64,000 nucleotides of DNA from a bacterium (GCA_040756235.1 JBFLZG010000114.1:1-64000), one strand, 5' to 3'. Positions 45,462 to 55,779 are shown, counted from the stretch's first letter. Notes: generated by a model not told the origin, from the sequence alone. Numbers and translations: made by a program.

Positions 45462-48400
45462 GGTCTCGCTCTCCGTGGAGCCCGCCTGCCTGTTCGCTTC
45501 AGCAGCGCGGCAAGCGCCGCAGGCAGCCCATACAATAGGATGGCAGGAAGGAGCCGGAAAGGCGCGGGGGCGGGGCGGCCGCCTCCGGAGAACACGGCGC
45601 AGCCGCAATCTCCGCCGCCTCCTCCGGTGCGGTCGGCCGGAGACGGCTCCTCCGCGGCCGGGTAGAGGCCGGAGAGGTTTCCGGCTTCGTCCGCGGCGCG
45701 CACGGCGACGAAGGCGCCGGCCGCGAGGTCCGGCAGAAAGGCCCTTTCGGTTTCGCCCGCCGGTCGGGGCGCCAGGGAGACCGGGACGGTCTGCGCCTGG
45801 CGCCAGTTGAAGGGATCGACCGGCTCGCCGAGGCTGCGGATCTCATACGAGGAAGCCGCCCCCTCCCTTCCGTCGTCCCCCACGGCCGTCCAGGTGGCGA
45901 GCAGGCCGGCCTGCCCGTCCTGTTGCGCAGAAGAGACGCGCAGATCGTCGATGGAGCTCGGGGGCTCCGTGTCCGCCTGATAGCTGCCCGTGGCGTGCCC
46001 ATCGTGGTGGAAGCTCCACCACTGCACCTCCTGAGCCGCATCGCCCGCCGTGTCCCAGGCGAAGAGGTCGCCCTCCCGGGTGCTGAGGAGCACCTCGAGA
46101 AGGCCGTCCCCGTCCAGGTCGCCGACCGTGGGCGCGCCGACGATCCATCCGCCGGTGAACTTGGGCCAGCCCTCCCCCTCCTCTCCCTGGCCGTTCAAGG
46201 CATGCAGGAGGTAGTGGGAGTTTCCGTCCAGGATCTCGAAGGCGCCGTCTCCGGTCACGTCCGCGACCGCGGGCTGGGTCACGAAGTGGAAGCCGTCCAC
46301 GACCCTGGGGAAGGCCGGCAGGAAGCTCCCCTGCCGCAGGTCCCAGCAGCCGAGGAGGTGATCGAAGTGGGTCTCGAGCCCTTCAAAAAGCTTGGCCCCG
46401 ATGATCCGGCCGCCCGCCCCGCCCGTGGCGAGCTCCGGGCTGCCGTCGCCGTTCAAGTCACCCAGGGCCGCGTTTGCAGGCAGACTCAGGAAGAGGACGT
46501 CGCGCGAGTCGCTCGCCGGGCCGAAGCCGAAGGCCGGGAGCTCGGTCACGACCGACCCGTCGCCGGAAACGACCCTGGGAGCGCCCATCACGGCGTAGCT
46601 CAGGACCTCGTGCGTGCCGTCTCCGTCGAGGTCCGCCAGGAGAGGGCTCATGGGATGGCCCTTGCCGACCGTGGGGAGCATGTCCCCGGCAGGCGTCGGG
46701 ACTTCCACCGGCCATCCGGCCGCCATGCGGCCGTCGAAGTGAAAGGCGTACAGCCGTGCGGACTGGCTGGGCAGCTCGCCGTAAAGCTCGTTGGTGCCGA
46801 CGACGATCTCGGGATGGAGCAACCCGTCGGCTTCGACCCGGCCGTCGATGTCGCCCACGGCCGGGGTGGAGACGATCTTGTCGATCTTGCCGTCCTCGCT
46901 CCGGGCCAGGGCAGGCCAGCCCGGGACCGGCTCTCCGTTCTCGCGCCAGGCGTAGACCCGCTGATCCATGCAGGCGGCCACGATCTCCAGAGATCCGTCC
47001 AGGTCGAGATCGGCGAGAACCGGAGAGGCGAGGAAGCGCGACTCCAGCCACGGGTCTTCGGCTGCCAGGTCCGGGTCGGCCCGGACCGGGAACCCTTCTC
47101 GGCCGGTCCCGTCCGCTTCGAACACATAGAGCCGGCCGTTCATGGCCGCTACCACGATCTCGAACAAGCCGTCGCGGTCCAGGTCGCCCACGGCCGGCGT
47201 GGCGACGACCGGGACGCTGGGCGGAGCGACCGCCCCGGAGCGGAAGGCGGGCGCGTCGAGGTGATGGGACGGATTCTCCGGCGAGCCGCTTTCCACGACG
47301 TCGAGCGCCACGGGCCAGGAGGTCTTGCGGCCGTGCAGAGAGTCGAACCGGGAGCCGTTCTCCCGGAGCACCGTGATGCGGCCGGCGGACGTGGCCACGA
47401 CGATCTCCTTGCGGTTGTCGCCGTCCAGGTCGGCGAGCCTGAGAGAAGCTTCGCCCGAGGCGTCCAGCCGGATCGGGAACCCCGGGTGCAGCGTGGGGTC
47501 ATGATGGACGAACAGGAGCCTCCGGTCCTCGGCCCTGTTGCCCTGCGAATCCGTGACCACGAGCCGCAGCGTCACGGCCGGTCCGTTGGGAGTGACGGGC
47601 GCGGGTGCCGCTTCGAGCCCCGTCTCGCGGATGTCCCAGCGACAGAGCTCGCCCTGAAGGGGCTCGGCGAGCGTGCCGGAGCCGCAGATCCGCCCGAAGT
47701 CCTCCTCCGCCGGATCCGCGCCCGGCGCCCACTGGACCTCGTACCGGCAGCCCGCGGAGCGATCCGCCCGGACCTCCCCCTCGATGGAGACCTCGGCCGC
47801 CCGGACCGGGTCGAGCGTGCCGTACCAGGCCGGCGAAGAGATGCGGGCGACCGGGGGCACGGTCTGCTCCGCAAGGGAGAGCACCGCACGGTCGGCGCGC
47901 ACGCGGCCGTACCCGGTCCAGGGGTCGAAGCCCTCGCGGCAGGCGTAGACGGTCCCGACGATGTCCTCCGCCGTCTGCCGCAGCACCTGCCGGACCTCGG
48001 CCGGTCTCAGGGGCGGGTAGAGCCCGAGCTCCAGGGCCCGCGAGAAAACGAGCGCCGCGACCCCGGCCACGTGCGGGGTCGCGTTCGAGGTCCCTCCGGC
48101 GTGGTCCTGATAACCCTCAGGGAAATCGGCGTTGCGCACCCACGAGGGCGCGGCCACGTCGATGTGGGCCCCGTAATCGGAGTAGTTGGAGCGGGTCACC
48201 CAGGAAGTGGGGAAAAACGGAGGAATCGGCAGGCCGCTCGTGTTGGGCTGAATGGCGCCGGCCCCGACCACCTCGTCGCAGATGACCGGGTAGTTGTGGT
48301 GAAAGCTGTACTCATTGCCCATCGCCGCCACCGGGAGCACCCCCTGTTCGTCCGCGTAGCGGAAGGCCTGCCGCAGGAAGGGGGTGTTGGACATGCAGCC

Positions 48401-49162
48401 CAGGCTCATGCTGAGCACCTTCGCGCCGTTGTCCGCCGCATAGATCACGGCCTCGGCGAGCAGGTGAGAGTGGCTGACGTGCGGGGCGTCGCCGATGCGC
48501 AGGGAGAGAAGGCGGCAGCGAGGCGCCACGGCGGCAACCCCCTTGCCGTTGTCCGTCTCGGCCGAGTGGACGGAGGCGGTCCCGGTGCCGTGGCCGTAGG
48601 AGCCGGCATCCGCGACGTCGTTGTCGCCGTCGAAGAAGTCCCAGCCGCTGATGTCGTCCACGTACCCGTTGAGGTCGTCGTCGACCCCGTCGCTGAACGC
48701 CGTCAGCAGGTCTCCCACGTCCAGCCCGTCGCCGCCGACGTCCGCGACCCGGGCGTCGTCCGCATAGTCGGCCACGTTGAACATTCCGTCGCCGTTCAAA
48801 TCGTGTTCCGGGGCCGGTGCGCCCTGAGCGTCCAGAGGCAGGGGAAGCTCGTCGCCGTTCAGGTAGAGCTGATTTCTCAGGTCCTCATGCCGGTACTCGA
48901 CGCCGCTGTCGAGGTTCGCGATGATCACCTCCGGGCTGCCCCGGGTCACGGCCCACGCCGCGGTCGCCCCGATGCCCCGGCCGTCGGACATGAGATTCCA
49001 CTGCTCTTCGACGGCCTCGTAGGGGTCGCCCTCGAACAGCGGATCGTTCGGGTAGGGCTCCTGGGCGAGAACGGCGGCGGAATCGATCCGGATGATGGTC
49101 GCGAGGCAGAAGAGCAGAAGAAGGACGCAGCCCGTGCCGGAGCGGAGGAGCAACTGTTTCAT
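45458..49162 (-). CDS. Secreted S8 subtilase with FG-GAP repeats and C-terminal Cys-containing sorting signal
   Basis: Start ATG 49162 with signal peptide; triad LDSG / HGT / GTSNATP; many (A/G)DLDGDG..E(I/V) repeats; tail GGGGGDCGCAV...TM...KRTGRR. Confidence 0.9.
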   Translation of the reverse strand: MKQLLLRSGTGCVLLLLFCLATIIRIDSAAVLAQEPYPNDPLFEGDPYEAVEEQWNLMSDGRGIGATAAWAVTRGSPEVIIANLDSGVEYRHEDLRNQLYLNGDELPLPLDAQGAPAPEHDLNGDGMFNVADYADDARVADVGGDGLDVGDLLTAFSDGVDDDLNGYVDDISGWDFFDGDNDVADAGSYGHGTGTASVHSAETDNGKGVAAVAPRCRLLSLRIGDAPHVSHSHLLAEAVIYAADNGAKVLSMSLGCMSNTPFLRQAFRYADEQGVLPVAAMGNEYSFHHNYPVICDEVVGAGAIQPNTSGLPIPPFFPTSWVTRSNYSDYGAHIDVAAPSWVRNADFPEGYQDHAGGTSNATPHVAGVAALVFSRALELGLYPPLRPAEVRQVLRQTAEDIVGTVYACREGFDPWTGYGRVRADRAVLSLAEQTVPPVARISSPAWYGTLDPVRAAEVSIEGEVRADRSAGCRYEVQWAPGADPAEEDFGRICGSGTLAEPLQGELCRWDIRETGLEAAPAPVTPNGPAVTLRLVVTDSQGNRAEDRRLLFVHHDPTLHPGFPIRLDASGEASLRLADLDGDNRKEIVVATSAGRITVLRENGSRFDSLHGRKTSWPVALDVVESGSPENPSHHLDAPAFRSGAVAPPSVPVVATPAVGDLDRDGLFEIVVAAMNGRLYVFEADGTGREGFPVRADPDLAAEDPWLESRFLASPVLADLDLDGSLEIVAACMDQRVYAWRENGEPVPGWPALARSEDGKIDKIVSTPAVGDIDGRVEADGLLHPEIVVGTNELYGELPSQSARLYAFHFDGRMAAGWPVEVPTPAGDMLPTVGKGHPMSPLLADLDGDGTHEVLSYAVMGAPRVVSGDGSVVTELPAFGFGPASDSRDVLFLSLPANAALGDLNGDGSPELATGGAGGRIIGAKLFEGLETHFDHLLGCWDLRQGSFLPAFPRVVDGFHFVTQPAVADVTGDGAFEILDGNSHYLLHALNGQGEEGEGWPKFTGGWIVGAPTVGDLDGDGLLEVLLSTREGDLFAWDTAGDAAQEVQWWSFHHDGHATGSYQADTEPPSSIDDLRVSSAQQDGQAGLLATWTAVGDDGREGAASSYEIRSLGEPVDPFNWRQAQTVPVSLAPRPAGETERAFLPDLAAGAFVAVRAADEAGNLSGLYPAAEEPSPADRTGGGGGDCGCAVFSGGGRPAPAPFRLLPAILLYGLPAALAALLKRTGRRAPRRARP

Positions 49163-49230
49163 ATCGCACTCCTTCTGAAGGCGGTCGAGAAACGCCCCCG
49201 TCTGCGGCGTTGCGCTCGGCCCGTGGGCCG

Positions 49231-50295
49231 TCAGAGCCATTTCCTCTTTCTGAAATAGTACAGCATGAGGCCGCCGACCGAGAGCATGGCCAGCCAGACC
49301 AGGGGATATCCCCAGCGCCATTCCAGCTCCGGCATGGAGCGGAAGTTCATGCCGTAGACGCCCGCAATGAAGGTGAGAGGGATGAAGATCGTAGCGATGA
49401 TGGTCAACACCTTCATCACCTCGTTCATGCGGTTGCTGACGCCGGTCAGGTAGATGTCGAGCATGCCGGAGAGCATGTCGCGGAAGGTCTCGACCGTGTC
49501 GATCACCTGGATGGTATGGTCGTAGATGTCGCGCAGGAACAGCCCGGTCTCCTTCTGGATCAGAGGGGACTCGGAGCGCTGCAGGGTGCTGATCACTTCC
49601 CTGAGCGGCCACACGGAACGCCGCAGATGGATCATCTCGCGCTTCAGGCGATGGATGGTTTGAGCCGTCTCCTCGGTGGGGTTCCGGATCAGGTCTTCCT
49701 CCAGGGTTTCGATCTTCTCCCCGAGCGTCTCCAGGACCGTAAAGTAGTTGTCCACGATCGAGTCGAGCAGCACGTAAGCCAGATAGTCGGTGCCCATGGC
49801 GCGCACCCGGCCCCCGCACTTGCGGATCCGCTCCCGGATCGGCTCGAAGACGTCGCCTGCTTTCTCCTGGAAGGAGAAGACGAAGTGGCGCCCGAACACG
49901 ATGCTGATCTGCTCCTTGTGAGTCTGCTGAGCCTCCGCGTCGTAGGACAGCTCGCTCACGATCAGAAACACGTATTCGCCATAGTCTTCGGCCTTGGGCC
50001 GGTTCTCCGTGTTGAGGATGTCCTCCATGACCAGAGGGTGCAGGCCGAATCGCTCGCCGAGCTCTTTGAGGACCTCCACCTCGTGGAGCCCGTCGACATT
50101 GATCCACGTCACGGTGGGCCGGTCCCTGAAGGGAAGAGCCTCCCCCACGGTCTGGATCTGTTTTTCCTGATACTGCTCCGGGTCGAAATCGAACAGAGTC
50201 AGTTTCGCGGTCTCGGCCCTGCGCTCGCCGATGTGCACGAGGGTGCCGGGTGGAAGGCCTGCTTTGCGAGAGCGCTTCTTGAGTCGTTTGCGCAT
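49231..50295 (-). CDS. corA: Magnesium/cobalt transporter CorA
   Basis: GLPPGTL, LHPLVMEDI, MNEVMKVLT, YGMNF..MPEL.W. Confidence 0.97.
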   Translation of the reverse strand: MRKRLKKRSRKAGLPPGTLVHIGERRAETAKLTLFDFDPEQYQEKQIQTVGEALPFRDRPTVTWINVDGLHEVEVLKELGERFGLHPLVMEDILNTENRPKAEDYGEYVFLIVSELSYDAEAQQTHKEQISIVFGRHFVFSFQEKAGDVFEPIRERIRKCGGRVRAMGTDYLAYVLLDSIVDNYFTVLETLGEKIETLEEDLIRNPTEETAQTIHRLKREMIHLRRSVWPLREVISTLQRSESPLIQKETGLFLRDIYDHTIQVIDTVETFRDMLSGMLDIYLTGVSNRMNEVMKVLTIIATIFIPLTFIAGVYGMNFRSMPELEWRWGYPLVWLAMLSVGGLMLYYFRKRKWL

Positions 50296-50558
50296 GAGTT
50301 CTCTCCGCGGACTTGGGCTGATGTTCCTGCCTGCTTCGGGTTTCCGGCTTGTGCGTGCCGCTGGCCGGGCCTCCGGCCGGCTGCCGTCCGCCCCTGGCTG
50401 CCCATTGTATGCAGGGCGAAATAAAAGGGAAGTCTAAATCCGGCCCCGGGCCGTCTCGGTTTTTCCCTTGCGCAACGCTCATCGATTGTCAGAGAATGCC
50501 GAGGCACTTCAGGCCGTGCATCTCTGCTGCTCGGAGCATTCTTGCGGAGGGTTCTTGG

Positions 50559-52178
50559 ATGCCGCCAACCTGCGAGCAACCGGAGCACCAGCTCGATAAG
50601 ATCATGAAGGAGAACCGCCTGGCTCTGACCGAGCTCGAGAATTGCCGGCGCGAACAAGCCGAGCTGAGAGCCGCCAAGGGTCTTGCGGAGGATGTCGTCC
50701 GGGGCCTCCCTGGGATTTTTTGCCTCCTGGACAGACAAGGGAGGTTCGTACGATGGAACCGGAACTGCGAGGAATTGGGGGAGTATTCCGCCGAAGAAAT
50801 CGCCGGGATGACCGCACTGGACTACTTCGAAGGGGAAGACAAAACGAAGGCAGCCAAGGCCGTCGAGCAGGTTTTCAACCAAGGCAGGACCTTCGTCGAG
50901 CTGGATGTCGTTACCAAGACCGGGAAAAAGATCCGGACGTCTTTCAAAGGAGTGCAAGCGCTCGTCCAGGGGGTCCCGTACCTGATCGGGATCGGAATGG
51001 AGATGGGGGAAGGCAGGGAGGCGGTGAGGGTCATCAAGGCTAGCGAGGAGAAGCTCGCCGAGATCCTGCAACCGGTCGCCGATTACATGTTCATCCTGGA
51101 TGAGGACCTGACCATCGTCTGGTCCAAGCCGACGGCAAACACTTTCTTCGGCCAGGATCTCGTCGGCAGGACCTGCCATGAGGCCCTTCGCAGGCGCCCC
51201 GAACGCTGCGAGCCCTGCATCGTCAAGAAGGCCTTCGCCGAAGGCAAATACCACATCGAATACGAAAACCAGCTGATCGGGACGGACGGCACCCGGCTGG
51301 ACTTCTGGATCATGGTCAGCGTGCTCACGAGACACCCGGACGGCAGCCCGAAGATGTTCTTCGGGACCTGCCGTGACATCACGGAAAAGAAGGCGCTGGA
51401 GGCCGAAGCCATGCGGGCGAGCCGGCTGGCCTCGATCGGGGAGCTGGCCGCCGGCGTGGCGCACGAGATCAACAACCCGATCAACGGGATCATCAACTAT
51501 GCCCAGATCCTGATGGATCAGAACGAGGAGGAGGGGAGAGCGGACGAAACCCCTGCCAGGATCATGAAGGAGGCCGAAAGAGTCGCCAAAATCGTCAGGA
51601 ATCTCCTCTCCTTCGCGCGGAAACAAGCGGAAGGGCGAGGTCCCGCTCGAGTCCAGAGCATCTTGGGCGACGCGCTGGACCTCATGAAACGAGAGGTCCG
51701 CAAAGACGGGATTCACCTGATCCTCGATCTCCCCGCCGATCTCCCGGAGATCAGGGCCCAGGCACAACAGATCCAGCAGGTATTTCTCAACGTTCTCAGC
51801 AATGCCCGGTACGCGCTGAACAAGAGATACCCTATTTCACACGAGGACAAGGTCCTCGAGATTCGCGGAGAGCTTGCGCAGAGCAAAGGACAGGAATGGG
51901 TCCGCACGGTGTTTCGCGATCGCGGTATCGGTATCCCGGAGAATGTCTTGGACAAGGTCTGCGACCCGTTCTTCTCGACAAAACCACGAGGCGAGGGGAC
52001 GGGGCTGGGCCTGAGCGTGAGTTACGGCATCGTGAGAGATCATGAGGGCAGTCTCCAGATCAACAGCGTTGAAGGGAGCTACACCGAGGTCCTGATCGAC
52101 CTCCCGGTGCACCCACAAGGGCAACCGAACTGTCGAAACTGGCTGGGGCATGAAGAAGAGAATACTGGTCATCGATGA
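50559..52178 (+). CDS. Cytoplasmic PAS-PAS sensor histidine kinase
   Basis: GGAGG RBS before ATG 50559; two PAS domains; AHEINNP H-box, N-box, DRGIG, PFFSTK, GTGLGL; no TM segment seen. Confidence 0.93.
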   Translation: MPPTCEQPEHQLDKIMKENRLALTELENCRREQAELRAAKGLAEDVVRGLPGIFCLLDRQGRFVRWNRNCEELGEYSAEEIAGMTALDYFEGEDKTKAAKAVEQVFNQGRTFVELDVVTKTGKKIRTSFKGVQALVQGVPYLIGIGMEMGEGREAVRVIKASEEKLAEILQPVADYMFILDEDLTIVWSKPTANTFFGQDLVGRTCHEALRRRPERCEPCIVKKAFAEGKYHIEYENQLIGTDGTRLDFWIMVSVLTRHPDGSPKMFFGTCRDITEKKALEAEAMRASRLASIGELAAGVAHEINNPINGIINYAQILMDQNEEEGRADETPARIMKEAERVAKIVRNLLSFARKQAEGRGPARVQSILGDALDLMKREVRKDGIHLILDLPADLPEIRAQAQQIQQVFLNVLSNARYALNKRYPISHEDKVLEIRGELAQSKGQEWVRTVFRDRGIGIPENVLDKVCDPFFSTKPRGEGTGLGLSVSYGIVRDHEGSLQINSVEGSYTEVLIDLPVHPQGQPNCRNWLGHEEENTGHR

Positions 52179-53883
52179 CGAGGAAAGCATCCGGCTGACC
52201 TTCGCATACTTCCTGTCCAAGGAAGGCCACGAGGTCGTCACGGTCACGGATTATCCTTCTGCGCTGGAGCGGATTTCCAGGGCCGACATCGACCTGATCT
52301 TCGCCGACATCCTCCTGGGGGGCCGGACCGGCCTGGACATCCTTCGAGAGGTCAAGAGCCGCGACCTGCGGTGTCCGGTGATCATCATCACGGGCGAGCC
52401 CACCCTGGAGAGCGCGGCGCAAGCGGTCCGGCTGGGGGCCTTTGACTATCTCGTGAAGCCGGTGCGGAAGACGACCTTGCTGCGCGCTGCGCGCTTGGGA
52501 CTGAACCAGAAGGCCCTGTGCGATGAGAAGGACCAGATCGAGGCCGAGAAGGAGAGATTTCGGTCGAACCTGGAGGCGATCTTCCGCAGTGTGAACGATG
52601 CCATCGTTACGGTAGACACCGACATGCACGTCATCGCCGCAAACGAAGCGACACAAAGGATATGCGGTGTCCGGCCTGGAGGGATCCTCGGGAGGGAATT
52701 CAATCAGGCGATCTGTGACTGTCGAAGACCTTGTCACGAGGTGCTGCGGGAGGTGCTGAAGAACCGGAACACGATCCAGGAATACCGGGCCGAATGCAGG
52801 CACCATGAGGGGCGGGAACAGGTGGTCGTGCTCACCAGCTCTCCGCTGCTGGACCGCCAAGGGACCTTCATGGGCGCCGTCCTCGTCATCCGGGACATCA
52901 CCAAGCTCAACAGCCTGGAGCGGGAGCTGAGAGAGCGCCACCAGTTTCACAAGATTTTCGGCAAGAGCGCGAAGATGCAGGAAATCTACGGCCTGCTCGA
53001 AGACCTCGCCGACATCGAGACCACGGTCCTCATCACGGGTGAGAGCGGCACCGGCAAGGAGATGGTGGCCAAGGCCCTCCATTACTCCGGGGCGCGCAGC
53101 TCCAAGCCCCTGGTGATCGTAAACTGCTCGGCCCTGGCTGAGAATGTCCTCGAAAGCGAGCTGTTCGGGCACGTGAAGGGGGCCTTTACGGGAGCGGTGC
53201 GAGACCGCAAAGGGCGATTCCAGACCGCGGACGGCGGGACGATCGTGCTCGACGAGATCGGCGATATCTCTCCGGCTATACAGCTCAAGCTGTTACGGGT
53301 CCTCCAGGAAAAGGAGTTCGAAAAAGTAGGTGAATCCGCTCCGCGAAAGGTGGACGTGCGCGTCATCGCCATCACGAATCAGGACCTGCGCGAGAAGGTG
53401 GAGGCGGGACAGTTCAGGAAAGATCTCTACTACCGTCTCAAGGTCATGGAGGTCAGCCTGCCGCCCCTGCGCGAAAGGCTGGAAGACATACCCCTTCTTA
53501 CGGACCACTTCGTGGGCGTGTTCAACTCGGGCTTCAGAAAATCCATCGAGCGGGTGTCCGAGGATGTCCTGAAAGTCTTCATGAGCTACTCCTGGCCGGG
53601 CAACGTGCGTGAGTTGAGGCACGCCATGGAATGCGCCTTCGTCCTCTGCCACGGCGATACGATTCGGCTGGACCATCTGCCTGCGGAGATCAAGGCCTTC
53701 ACCCCATCCGAGCAGACTTCCCCTGAAAGAAAGGCTTCCCCGCAGGCAGAGGATATCCTATCCGCTCTCGAGAAAACCCGGTGGAACAAGTCCAAGGCCG
53801 CCAGTCTGCTGGGGATCAGTCGCCGGACCCTCTACCGGAAGATCGCCCCGAACGGAGCCTCGGGCCCTGCCGAGGAGGTGTGA
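52150..53883 (+). CDS. sigma54-dependent response regulator (REC-PAS-AAA+-HTH)
   Basis: VIDDE, phospho-Asp DILL, GESGTGKE, GAFTGA, WPGNVREL, Fis HTH. Confidence 0.96.
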   Translation: MKKRILVIDDEESIRLTFAYFLSKEGHEVVTVTDYPSALERISRADIDLIFADILLGGRTGLDILREVKSRDLRCPVIIITGEPTLESAAQAVRLGAFDYLVKPVRKTTLLRAARLGLNQKALCDEKDQIEAEKERFRSNLEAIFRSVNDAIVTVDTDMHVIAANEATQRICGVRPGGILGREFNQAICDCRRPCHEVLREVLKNRNTIQEYRAECRHHEGREQVVVLTSSPLLDRQGTFMGAVLVIRDITKLNSLERELRERHQFHKIFGKSAKMQEIYGLLEDLADIETTVLITGESGTGKEMVAKALHYSGARSSKPLVIVNCSALAENVLESELFGHVKGAFTGAVRDRKGRFQTADGGTIVLDEIGDISPAIQLKLLRVLQEKEFEKVGESAPRKVDVRVIAITNQDLREKVEAGQFRKDLYYRLKVMEVSLPPLRERLEDIPLLTDHFVGVFNSGFRKSIERVSEDVLKVFMSYSWPGNVRELRHAMECAFVLCHGDTIRLDHLPAEIKAFTPSEQTSPERKASPQAEDILSALEKTRWNKSKAASLLGISRRTLYRKIAPNGASGPAEEV

Positions 53884-53893
53884 CATGTCACAC
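53878..53893. promoter_or_regulatory. Perfect 16-bp palindrome, candidate upstream activator site
   Basis: GTGTGACATGTCACAC about 130-145 bp upstream of the -24 element. Confidence 0.65.
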
Positions 53894-54024
53894 TTTGTGC
53901 CAACCGCTTCCTGGGACAGTCACGCCCTCTTGAGTCCGTGATCGGACCTCGGAACAGCCTCTCCTTTCTCTCTCCATTCCGTAACCACCCACAAAGCCTA
54001 TATTCCTCTCGGATGCGTAGCCCC

Positions 54025-54040
54025 TGGCACGACCTTTGAT
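54025..54040 (+). promoter_or_regulatory. sigma54 -24/-12 promoter
   Basis: TGGCAC-GACCT-TTGAT (consensus TGGCAC-N5-TTGC, one mismatch at -12), downstream of the activator gene. Confidence 0.75.
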
Positions 54041-54134
54041 AGGAAGGTGACCGGGGGCGAGGCGTTCAGCCGTTCATGGGAAACCGAATCCGGCGAACGA
54101 GCCGGGTCCCGGGTGAAGGCACTCTGAGGGTGCG

Positions 54135-54521
54135 ATGGTGACAGTGAAAGAAGCTCAGACGTTCAAGGGGATGTTCACCTGGATCGACCCGGACAACTTC
54201 GCATCCGAAGTCCTCGACGAGCGCCGGCCCGTGCTCCTGTCCTGCGTGCGCGTGGAGGACGGGTTTCAGGAGCAGCTAACCATTCTCAAGAGCCTGTCCG
54301 AGGCTTACGCAGGCGCATTGAAGATCTGCCTCCTCAAGGAGGATTTCCTGGCAGCGTTTCACGAAAAGCTGGGAGTGATCGGGACTCCGACGTTCATCGT
54401 CCTCAAAGGAGGGATGAAGGTAGGCAGGATACTGGGCCAGGTTAACGAGAACAGGCTCGCCGCGTTCCTGGCGCGGTCCCTGCCGGAGCTGGAGGGTGCT
54501 TTCGGGCGAACAGACGAATGA
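54135..54521 (+). CDS. Thioredoxin-fold protein lacking CxxC
   Basis: DNFASEVL..RPVLL, GV.GTPTF..K.G..VGR..G; CxxC position degenerate. Confidence 0.75.
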   Translation: MVTVKEAQTFKGMFTWIDPDNFASEVLDERRPVLLSCVRVEDGFQEQLTILKSLSEAYAGALKICLLKEDFLAAFHEKLGVIGTPTFIVLKGGMKVGRILGQVNENRLAAFLARSLPELEGAFGRTDE

Positions 54522-55717
54522 CTTCTCTGCAACGCATGGATGAAGGAGGGGAAAACATGGGACCTGCGCGACCTGCCGGAGAAAAGGTCGGGAGTGCTCT
54601 GGAAGAGCTCACATCCTTGCCCCTGCGGCTGGAGAACCCGTATATCCGTGACTGGAAGAGGACGGGCAAGGTGTTCGGCTTCATGTGCAGCTATGTGCCC
54701 GAGGAGCTCCTCTATGCTGAAAAAGGGCTGATTCTGCCGGTCCGGGTCGGCGCGGCCGGCTGCACGAGCACCGATGAAGGCGACATTTACCTCCACAGGT
54801 TCAACTGCTCCTACGCCCGCTGCCTCCTTCAGCTCGGTCTGACCGGCGCATACGATTTCCTGGACGGCTTTGTCTTCATGAACGGCTGTGAACAGCTCCG
54901 CAGGGTCTACGAGATCTGGCGGGACAAGGTGAAGCCTTCGTTTGTCGGCATGATCTCGGTCCCCCACACGACCGCGGGCGAGGCCCGCTTCCAGTGGTAC
55001 CTGGACGACCTCGTGAAGCTGCGCGAGGAGATCGCAACCCGGTACGGGCTCTCGCCATCCGGCGCGGACCTGAGGGCAGCCATCCGGCACTACAACCGCT
55101 TCCGGAGGCTCATGGGAGATCTCTACAACCTGAGAGCTCAGAAGGCCCCTCCGGTGAGCGGCGCAGAAGCCATGAAGATCGCCAACGCAGCCTATGCCAT
55201 GCCCAAAGAGGCCTTCAACGACAAGCTGGAGCGGGCCGTCGGAGAGCTTCGGCAGAGGCCGGGGATCTCGAGCTACCGCGCCAGGATCATGGTCTGCGGG
55301 AGCTACATGGACGACACCTTCCTGATCGAGCTGATCGAGAGCACGGGAGCCCTCGTGGTGACCGACAACCTTTGCTTCGGCAGGAGGCACATCGAGGGTC
55401 TGGTGGAGGAAGACGGCGATCCTCTGATCGCCGTCGCCAGGCGATACTTCTTTCACAACCCCTGCCCCCGGATGCTGGGGACCTACCAGGAGCGGCTGGA
55501 GACGACGAAGAGGCTGGCTCGGGAGGCGGCCGTGGACGGCGTCATCTTCCAGCGGATCCCCTTCTGCGACACGCACGGCGCGGAGTCCCCGATGCTCGCC
55601 CCGGATCTGGAGAAAGCCGGTATCCCCACCTTGATCCTGGACCGGGAGTACATCCCTTCTGATCAGGGCCGGTTGAAGACCCGGATACAAGCCTTTCTCG
55701 AGAAGATGGGCAAGTAG
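54518..55717 (+). CDS. 2-hydroxyacyl-CoA dehydratase / class I benzoyl-CoA reductase subunit (HgdB/BcrC/BzdN-like)
   Basis: GFMCSYVPEEL, NCSYARC, NGCEQ, DNLCFG.R, FCDTH, GRLKTRIQAFLE; alternative start 54557 has a strong RBS. Confidence 0.9.
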   Translation: MTSLQRMDEGGENMGPARPAGEKVGSALEELTSLPLRLENPYIRDWKRTGKVFGFMCSYVPEELLYAEKGLILPVRVGAAGCTSTDEGDIYLHRFNCSYARCLLQLGLTGAYDFLDGFVFMNGCEQLRRVYEIWRDKVKPSFVGMISVPHTTAGEARFQWYLDDLVKLREEIATRYGLSPSGADLRAAIRHYNRFRRLMGDLYNLRAQKAPPVSGAEAMKIANAAYAMPKEAFNDKLERAVGELRQRPGISSYRARIMVCGSYMDDTFLIELIESTGALVVTDNLCFGRRHIEGLVEEDGDPLIAVARRYFFHNPCPRMLGTYQERLETTKRLAREAAVDGVIFQRIPFCDTHGAESPMLAPDLEKAGIPTLILDREYIPSDQGRLKTRIQAFLEKMGK

Positions 55718-55779
55718 AGGGAAAAGCGATCGCCCGTTCTACCGAACCCCTGAAAGCCGAGTGAAGGAGGATCCCCTAC

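Noticed and set aside
45923..49258. 1111-aa plus-strand ORF, and similar long antisense ORFs (33459-36218, 58680-60845, 18532-20034, 38431-39987)
   Set aside because: Antisense shadows of well-supported genes in GC-rich DNA; no recognisable motifs.
49163..50482. N-terminal extension of the 1674-aa ORF
   Set aside because: Overlaps corA in another frame and is low-complexity; the signal peptide begins at ATG 49162.
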